Shown one piece after another: positions 7,579 through 15,600 of a stretch of 24,082 bases of DNA. A program made the translations under genes and the position numbers. This stretch comes from a virus (Duplodnaviria > Heunggongvirae > Uroviricota > Caudoviricetes). The stretch lies in the IMG/VR virus record IMGVR_UViG_3300028840_000472. One strand, written 5' to 3'. Below the pieces are notes generated by a model. That model ran no database searches, had not been told where the DNA came from, and was given only the letters and a program-made list of their open reading frames with translations. Numbering within the stretch: position 1 is the first letter of the stretch; the number at the start of each line of letters is the position of its first letter.

Positions 7579-8484
7579 TTATTTGCCAAACGATGCACAG
7601 CTGTTGAGAAAATCGTCGTCCTTGTGCACAAGCTTCGACGGAAGTGTGTCGCCAAGAAATACGATGTCGTTCGGACGCTTCTTTGCAAGTTTCGCAAGTG
7701 CGACGCCCGATGCCAGCATGTCAGGTCTGGTCATCCATGGCTTGCCATCGACAACGCCGTTGTCGCACATGTCGACGCCCTCGCGATGTGCGGGACCGTC
7801 GGCGTACATTGTTTCGTCCTTTCTCCACCCACAATCGGTTCCCGCCAGAATAACTTTACGGGCACCCATGAAAAATGCGGCGGACACCGCACGATTGACG
7901 ACGTTATAGCCGCCGCCCATGCAGGTAGATGTTGCGAATAGTTCGTTATACAGCTTGACTTCGTTTTCGTAACCCGTCGCGCTGTGGAAGATGATCACGT
8001 CTTCGTCCTTCAGGTAGTCGAACAAAGCGGGATCGGAAGATGAAGCGATGATGTGTTTCGTCCCCGGTGCCTTGAAGATCTTGTTCGGCTTCGCGATGTG
8101 CGCGCCGGGGTCCATGCTCACGCCATAGTCGACCTTGAAGCCGGCGTCGTGCAGGATCTTGATCGCGGCCTTGCAGCCGAAGATGATCGCGTCTTCTTCG
8201 TCGACTGCCTTGCGGATGCTGGCGATGACTTCGGGATCGTTCAGGGTCGGACCGGATCCGGCGACCACGACAACAGGGCCGACGCCGTCCTTCTTCAGTT
8301 CGTCCTGTTTGTAACAGGGCATCCCGGCCTTGTGCAGTTCGCCGGCGTGCTTGATGTTCCGATCGTAGTTGTCGACGTTCGGGTTGACGAACTTGATTTT
8401 CTTGTTCGGGTTTTCACCCGGTGCCGGCTGGTTGATGGTCAGATGACGCGCATGAACCGGCGGCGTGATAGGCGCTGCTATCAT
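7579..8484 (-). CDS. DUF115 / MptE-like / Maf-type putative glycosyltransferase (301 aa)
   Basis: VVVVAGSGPTL, AAIKILHDAGFKVDYGVSMDP, GGGYNVVNRAVSAAFFMGARKVILAGTD match the DUF115 (Maf_flag10) motif order. GGAG RBS. Confidence 0.7.
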   Translation of the reverse strand: MIAAPITPPVHARHLTINQPAPGENPNKKIKFVNPNVDNYDRNIKHAGELHKAGMPCYKQDELKKDGVGPVVVVAGSGPTLNDPEVIASIRKAVDEEDAIIFGCKAAIKILHDAGFKVDYGVSMDPGAHIAKPNKIFKAPGTKHIIASSSDPALFDYLKDEDVIIFHSATGYENEVKLYNELFATSTCMGGGYNVVNRAVSAAFFMGARKVILAGTDCGWRKDETMYADGPAHREGVDMCDNGVVDGKPWMTRPDMLASGVALAKLAKKRPNDIVFLGDTLPSKLVHKDDDFLNSCASFGK

Positions 8485-8532
8485 ATTTTTACGTGCTCCA
8501 CGATTTATCCTGCCTCCCCCAAAATTAGGGCA

Positions 8533-8561
8533 AGCATAATCGCGGGCCGCTAAAAAAGCAA
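8533..8561 (-). promoter_or_regulatory. Sigma70-like promoter upstream of the Maf-scaffold-capsid genes
   Basis: Minus strand TTGCTT (8561-8556), 17-nt spacer, TATGCT (8538-8533). It sits in one of the few real intergenic gaps, about 50 nt upstream of ATG 8484. Confidence 0.6.
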
Positions 8562-8565
8562 GCGC

Positions 8566-8754
8566 CTAGTTTTCCTTCAATTTCGCGGGGACTTCTATCC
8601 CCAGTTCTTCCAGTTCTGCTATCTGTTCTGTGACGGGATTATCGTACACAGTGGGATCGAATTCAAGATCATTATCGAAAATGTCGTACGTCATGCGCGT
8701 CCCGTCTTTGAAACGCATCGGTCGTCCGTTCTCTTTTTTCAGAACTTCGGCCAT
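8566..8754 (-). CDS. Small acidic hypothetical protein (62 aa)
   Basis: TAATG coupling to the upstream ORF; D/E-rich C-terminal half. Confidence 0.65.
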   Translation of the reverse strand: MAEVLKKENGRPMRFKDGTRMTYDIFDNDLEFDPTVYDNPVTEQIAELEELGIEVPAKLKEN

Positions 8755-8912
8755 TATTTTTTCCTGTTCATCGCATTGGCCTGACGCTGCGCAGCGGCAC
8801 GGGATGCGTGCCCGCCGCCGTCGCGCGCCTTGCCGGTCGACGTCTTGGCGATCCGCCCGGATGGTTCAACCACCCGGAACTTCCCGCCGCGTTTCGCTAC
8901 TTTTACAGGCAT
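8754..8912 (-). CDS. Small highly basic protein (52 aa), missed by the ORF track
   Basis: Hand translation MPVKVAKRGGKFRVVEPSGRIAKTSTGKARDGGGHASRAAAQRQANAMNRKK. It fills the gap exactly: TGA-T-ATG at its 5' end and TAATG at its 3' end. Confidence 0.75.
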   Translation of the reverse strand: MPVKVAKRGGKFRVVEPSGRIAKTSTGKARDGGGHASRAAAQRQANAMNRKK

Positions 8913-8913
8913 A

Positions 8914-9285
8914 TCAAATACCTACGTCAAATCGCATCTGTTCCTTGCCGGCTTCGTGCGCGGCCCGGTTCTCCCGAACCTGCAGATCGTGCATGACGCC
9001 CCAGACGCCCATGTATGCCCGATGCCGGGGTTCGTCTTCGATCGGGATGCTGCCCTTGAAGTTTGTATAGTCGATATTCGCCAGCCTGTCAGCCAGCACT
9101 TCCGCGACCATTTCACGCGGCACGAATGCCCGGAACAGGTAATCCGCCGTCACGTCCGTGAACGTTTCGATCAGCGGGAACGTCCGTTCGATGTCGCCTT
9201 CGCGGCGCGCACGGACCAGCAACGTAGCCGGGTCGTCCCGGTTCTCCACGATAGACAGCATGGCGTCGTTCATAAATATCCACAT
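8914..9285 (-). CDS. Conserved-looking hypothetical protein (123 aa from MWIFMND; the track starts at 9300); candidate immunity protein
   Basis: MWIFMNDAMLSIV..LLVRARREGDIE..ADYLFRA..IDYTNFKGSI..AYMGVW. A GGAGAAC SD precedes ATG 9285. Second gene after the MuF fusion. Confidence 0.75.
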   Translation of the reverse strand: MWIFMNDAMLSIVENRDDPATLLVRARREGDIERTFPLIETFTDVTADYLFRAFVPREMVAEVLADRLANIDYTNFKGSIPIEDEPRHRAYMGVWGVMHDLQVRENRAAHEAGKEQMRFDVGI

Positions 9286-9311
9286 TGTGCAGTTCTCCAT
9301 TTTCAGTTCTG

Positions 9312-9677
9312 TTAGCGTAACCCCAGATCCTGTTCCTTCGCACGCTGATAAGCTTCTTCACGCGTGCACCGATCGTTACCCTTCTTCCACTGCTTCCATT
9401 CGTACCAGTCGAAGAAAAGCGGATCCGTATCATCGATGACATTTATTCTAGCGCTGCCGATCTTATATGGCAACCTGTCCGAAAGTTCACCCTCGACAAC
9501 ATGGTACGGCATACCGGTCAGCTGCATGTCGCAAAAGCCTACATCTACAAACAGGATCCCATTCGGATGATCGAAGACTTCCGCGATCACGCGCCGGTTA
9601 TCGGGATCGATTTCAATCACCAGCGGTTCGCGACCTTCGTCGATAATGCGCTGCATATTTTCGACTTGTTTTGACAT
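9312..9677 (-). CDS. Hypothetical protein (121 aa from MSKQVEN; the track starts at 9728); candidate cognate immunity protein of the MuF C-terminal domain
   Basis: ATG 9677 overlaps the TAA of the 2392-aa gene (TAATG). Acidic, globular-looking sequence. Confidence 0.7.
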   Translation of the reverse strand: MSKQVENMQRIIDEGREPLVIEIDPDNRRVIAEVFDHPNGILFVDVGFCDMQLTGMPYHVVEGELSDRLPYKIGSARINVIDDTDPLFFDWYEWKQWKKGNDRCTREEAYQRAKEQDLGLR

Positions 9678-12600
9678 TACCACCCTATCACTTTCACAAT
9701 TTCGTCGAGCGAACGACCGTCCGGCCATTCATTGATGCCGTGCTTCTTAAACAAGCGTACCACAGTTTTCTTTTGCGATTCGCTTTTGACGTTGATACTT
9801 TCCAGATCATCGAAAATCGACAAGCTGTTCTTGAAGATCGTTTCGTTACCGCCGGACCCCGCCGTTTGCTTCCATTCTTCGATGCCCGTCTTGCGGTTGC
9901 GCTGAACGTATTGACCCTTCACCTTGCCGAACGCGTCGTGGTTATAGCTGATCGAATCCAGCCGGCGAAGATGATCGGCCTTCCAGACGAAGCCGGAATT
10001 CTGTGCCGCGCTGTTCGCGGTTTTTATGCGCGTGAAGAAATACGACGCGCCACCTGTGCCCATGTCGGACGATGGCGACATACCGCCGATCGGTATGCCG
10101 CGTCGCAGCTTGTCTGTCGTCGGTGCCATCTGCCCGCCGCTGTTCAGGATCGCTTCGAGCGACGACACGATGTCGCCCTGCGTGATGCTGTGATGCAAGC
10201 GGTAGTTCTCCGCGAAGTCGTCCCATTCCTTGCCGAACAGATCCGGGCGCATAAGATGCCGCTGTCCGTGCCCGAACGCCTGATACTGGCCTTTGAAGTT
10301 ATACATGGGTAGTTCGGTTACATCCCTACCGATCGCCGCGCTAACAAGATCACGCGCACGCTGAACGCGCTTTGCAGGATCCTTGATACGGTTAATCGAC
10401 GCATTGAAATCACCGAACCCTTCGCGACGGTGCGCCATGATTTGCCGCAGATATAGTTCTTCAGCATCGAAGTCTGTCGCGCGGTCGACGTTAATGCCAA
10501 GCTTGCGCAGTGTATTCAGCGCCTGTTCGTGTGTCTTGCCCGGTGCGATAACTTCCAGCCTGTTCTTAATAGCGAACACCTGATCGTTGTCCATGCCGGC
10601 CCAGTAGCGCACAGTGACGTCGTCGATCGTGGTTTCGTACATCGTGCCCCATTCCGACGACCCGCCTTTCACGCGTGCTATACCGTTGTTCACGTCCTTG
10701 TGTTCGAACTCGCCGCGACGCTTCGTCCACTTGATCACGTCGTCGTCTGCGGCCTTCTTTGCGACAGGCTGTAGCGTGCCCATCCTGCCGGTGTTGAAAA
10801 GCTTGTCACCGAACCAGTGCTTTTCGATCTTGTCGTCGGCGTCGTAATAAATCACCGCTTCCTTGATCGCGTCAATCCATTCGTCGTATGTACTGTCGAA
10901 CGTTTTCAGAACAGCGCGATCCAGCGTGCCTTCATTGATCGCGTCAGATATTTGCTTGCGTATTTTCTTTGACGCCTGCAGCGCATCGTTCAATCGCGTT
11001 TCGATTGTATTGTCGAACGTGCCGCCAGTCTCCACGCGGTGCTTCAGACCGATGATCGATTTCTTTATCAGGTCGTCCAGCGGTGCCGTTTCGATAGACG
11101 GCAAGCCGGAATTCGATGCACGCCCGACAGCACGATCCAGACCTTCAGCGGCATCACCGCGCAGCTTCATCTGCAGCATCGAACGCGGATCCCCGTTCGC
11201 GTCTAGTTCCTTCCATGCCAGTACGGCTTGATCTTCGATCGCGTCCTTGTCGCGGTGCAACACGTAACCGTTCAGGCGCGCGTCTTCGATCTGCTGAACC
11301 TCGAAGTCGGTGACGTCCTTGCCAGTATCCTTCGGCGGCGCTGCCGGCTTGCTTTCTGGTGCCTTGCGCGTCGCCCGGATCTTGAAACGTTGCTTGATGT
11401 ATTTCTTGCGCGCGATCAGTGTTTCGATCAATTCTTCTGCAACCTCTACATCGCGCGGCCCGTACAGCAGGACAAGCTGCCGGATCTCTGCGTCGCTTAT
11501 GTTTGCGACACGGCGCGCGCTTTCCTTCAGCTGCGCGTCGGTCAGGTCGCCGAACACGGATGCCGACTGGCTGTTCGTGGACGGGTTGCGAAGGGAATCG
11601 ATTTCGTCGACCGTCTTGCCGAACGCCTTGCCCTTCAGTCCGCCCTGTGCGCGATAGCGCAGTGCGCCGCCTGTGTCGATGCGTATGGCGCGATTCGCTT
11701 TCACTAGCAGGTTATCATAGCCAAGACCCACAACGTCCCAGTTGCCCAGCCACGCGTCCGCTATGAAGCCATCGCCGACGCCCGACACCTTGCCGGCTTT
11801 CAGTGCCGACGGATTCGACTGCAGTCCATCGATAATCTTTGACGCGACGGACGGCTTCCCGTTGCGCGTGACGATGTGCAGTTCAGGGACTTCGATCCCC
11901 ATCTTTTCATAAAGCTTCGCGGCTAGGACTTCATTCCGCACCATGTCTTCCGACACTGGCGTCTTCACGTACCACTTGATCCCGGTTTCGGGATCCTGAT
12001 ACATCGCGCCGGAATTCGATCCGCCCTGCCCGCCGATCTGGTTCATGTCTTCGGCATTCGGCGGCGTATCTGTCTTCGGTGTCTTGACCTTCGTTTTCGA
12101 CTGGTCTTCCGCGATGTCCGCTGCGACCTTCACAGACGGGGCGTCCTTTGCGACAGTATTACCGCCCGCCTTGATGGCGTCTTCGGCAGCTTCCTTGCTT
12201 TGGATCAGCTTCTTCAGTGCGGCAGCATCGACGTCGATCTGTTCGTCGATCTGCGACGCTGTCAGAAGATCCCAGATTTCCTTGTCTGCCGGTTCAGTGC
12301 CCAGCAGCTTCGACGCTTTCTGGTGAAACGCAAGTTCGTCAAGTTCGCCGAAGCGGAAGTCGTGCAGGACGTCTTCGGCATCGTCAACGATCTGCGCGAC
12401 AGTAACAGACTTCGACGCTTTCGCGGCTTCCTTGCCGACCGCTGTCAACGTGTCATCGAAGTCGGGGATGTCTTCCCACTTCTTCGTCTGCAGGAACTTC
12501 TGCAACGCTGCGTCGTCCGTGGTCAGCGTCAGCATTTTGCTTTCCATCTTGTCGACGAATTCGTCGATCTTTTCGGAAAACAAAAAGTCGTCCAACGCCT

Positions 12601-15600
12601 TGCCCTTCGGGAAGTCGTCAGCTTCGACGAACAGCTTCTGCAGTACCGCGCTTTTATCAAGCTGGTTCGAGAATGACGGCGTAAGATCCGACAGAGTGTC
12701 GTACTCGACTACTACGTCGTCCATGGTCTTCTTGTAGGTAGTCGCTTCGATCGGGCCGGCCTGCGGTTCGACCTTCTCGACAGTTACCTTTGCCTTGCCG
12801 AAGTCGACGTCCGCAGGTTTCGCCATCTTCGCAGCGACGGACACATTGTCTGTGACGTTCTGCATTTCGACACTAAGCTTCGACATTTTCGCCAGCTTCG
12901 CCAGTTCATCGCCGGCGATGTCTTCAAGCGCCGAATACGCGGTCGGCTTTTTACCCAGAAAAGTTTCATACTTGTTGACAAGAAAAACAAATTCGTCGAC
13001 GTCGATTGAATCGATCTTCGGTAGCACTTGTTCGATTTCGATGTAGTATTCGAAAGCCTGACTTTGTACGGCGTTGATGTTCTCGCCTTCGATGTCGACT
13101 GCTGTCTTCTTCGCCGGTCGTACCTTCTTCGCCTTTGCGACGTCAACGTCGTTAATTGTTTTCGATGCCAGATGCTTCGCCAGTAGCTTGTCGTCGTCTA
13201 GGACGGCATTCAGCTTCGGCATGATTGTTTTTATGAACGTTTCCATTTCGATGTCTGACATGCTTATGAAATCGTCGTATGTCAGCGCATCATCGAAGTA
13301 CGGCTGCGTCGTCTTGATAATCTTCATGACGTTGACGCTATCAAGATCGCCGACGTCTATGTCGTCCATGAACTTCGCCATCGCGATTTTAACGTTATTC
13401 GCGACAGGAATAGCAGCGACGCCGGTTGCCTTCGGCACATCTGTGTACGACTGGTTCGCCATAACCTTGTTGAACCATTCGTCATTCGACTGCAGTGTCT
13501 TGGTCTTCAGGTACGCGTCCTGCAGGAATAGCTTCAGCTTCTTCGCAGCCTGCACGCTTTCCAGCGGATCGATAGCCGGTGCCGTAATGAACCCGCCTAG
13601 TTCATCGTTCAGAATTTTGGACGCGTCCATCAGGTTGTCAACATTAAGCGGGTTCTTTTCGACGTAGTCCGTGAACTTCTTCATCTTGCGCTTCAGCACG
13701 GAACCGGAAACCGACGGCGCTAGATCCAGCGTTACATCGACGACGTCGAACGACTTGTGCTGCAGGAAGTTCTTCAGGGCGTCGTCATCACCGAGCAGCG
13801 TCGTGATCTTACCGGGTAGATCATTCAGGAAGTTCTTCGCAGCCGGCGCGCCTTCCGTAATCGCGGACACAGGGATTTCCATCTTCCACCCCATCTTGTC
13901 CGTGAACACGTTGTAGTCGAAGCCCTTGCCGGCGATAGTGTCTTCGACTTCAAGACTTGCTTTCAGGAACTTCAGTTCTTTCTTTGCTTTCTTGAAGTCA
14001 GCTTCAAGCGCTTTCTGTGCACGCGCGGCTGTCTTTGCCGCGACTTTTTCTAGCAGGCTGTCACGGTGCCCGATCAACATGCCCTGCTTCCATGTCGCAA
14101 GCAAGTCGACGTCGTTGTTCTTTTTCAGCGTGTCGATCGCTGCATCCATTGCGGTCAGTATCCCGTGTTCAGGGACAGTCCCGTCAGCTGTCGACATCTT
14201 GATGTAGATCTGTTTGAACTTCTTGTCAGGTATCTTGCCCGGTGCCTTGTACTTCTTCACCAGTGCGTCGTATTCGTCTAGCGCTTCTTTCGGCGTGACC
14301 TTCGATGCGACAGCGTTGTCGGCAAGTTTCTTGTCGATCTCTTTGACGATCTTGACCTGCTTCGCGTCGTCCAGTTCGTTGAAGATTTTCTGCGCAGCCG
14401 GCGGCGGCACCTTGCCGGCGATGATCGCTTTCTTGTAGTTGACGATGCCGTCGCTGATCTTCTTCGCAGCCTTGTCGATCTCGACCTGCTTCGCGATGGC
14501 TTCCAGAATGTCGGTATCGTTCAGTCCGTCAAGCGCGCCCTGCTTCTTCAGCTTGTCATACGCGCGCTTCTCGAACGTACCCTTCTGCGCCTTGATGGTT
14601 TCCAGCTGCTGCTTCGCTTCGACTGCGGCCTGCTGTTGCGCGGCCTTCTCTGCGGCTGCTTTCGCTGCGGCCTGCTGCGCGGCGATCTTCTGTTCGATCT
14701 CTGCGCGTATTAGTTTCTTTTCCGCGATCGGCAGCGAGTTATACGAAGCCTGCACGCCCTTCGACGGTTTGATGCCTTTTGCGACTTGGTCCTTGTACTT
14801 TGCCAGATCATCGGCAAGCTGCTTCGCCTGTTGTTCAAGTGACACTCCCCCTTTGCCGATCATCTTCGGCTTCGCGCCTTGGTTGTCGTAGAACTCCCAC
14901 TTCTTGAAGTGCTTTTTCATCTGGTCCCAGTGCACTTCGTTGACCTTGTTCGCCAGTATCACTTCCGGCGGTACGAAGCGACCGCTGAAGTCTTTCTTCG
15001 GACCGACGAAACGCTTCACCGCACGCAGTGCCGCTTCCTTGCGCGGGACGTGCATGTAGTAGCCGTGTATGTCGTAGCCTGCTTTCTTGAAGCGGTCGAT
15101 CCACTTCAGCGGGGTGTTAATCCCCTTCATCGTGATGTCGTGCGCGACATTAAGCCCCAGACGTTCCGCAATGGACGTCGCCCGGTTGATGATATGCAGA
15201 CTTTCTTCGTGAAGTGTTGCGGCGTTGAAGCCCTTGTATTCGGGCAGCAGCTTTTTTATTTCATCCGCGTCAAGAACAATGGTACTGTCTTTGTCGACAG
15301 CGCCGATCCCGCCGTTCTTTTTCGGCGTCGTGAAAGACCCCTTTCCGCTTCCGCCACGACCGCCAAAAACTGAATAGATCGGCTTTTCGCCAGCATCGGG
15401 GGTAGCAGCCGCGACGCGTTTCTTCGTGAAGATCTTCCGAAGGATGTCGTCGTGGACGTCTTTCTTTCTGCTTGCGCTCCATGTGCCGTCGGTATTGCGG
15501 TAAATGGATGCGGTCGTCGCTTGCTTCTGCAAACTGGCGGCAGTGTCTTCCAGTGCCGCGACCGTCGTGTCGTCAAGTTGTGCATAAATGTCCTGCTTTG

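Noticed and set aside
8808-8996. 62-aa minus-strand ORF in the track
   Set aside because: It overlaps two better-supported genes. The 52-aa frame 8754-8912 fills the gap with coupled junctions at both ends.
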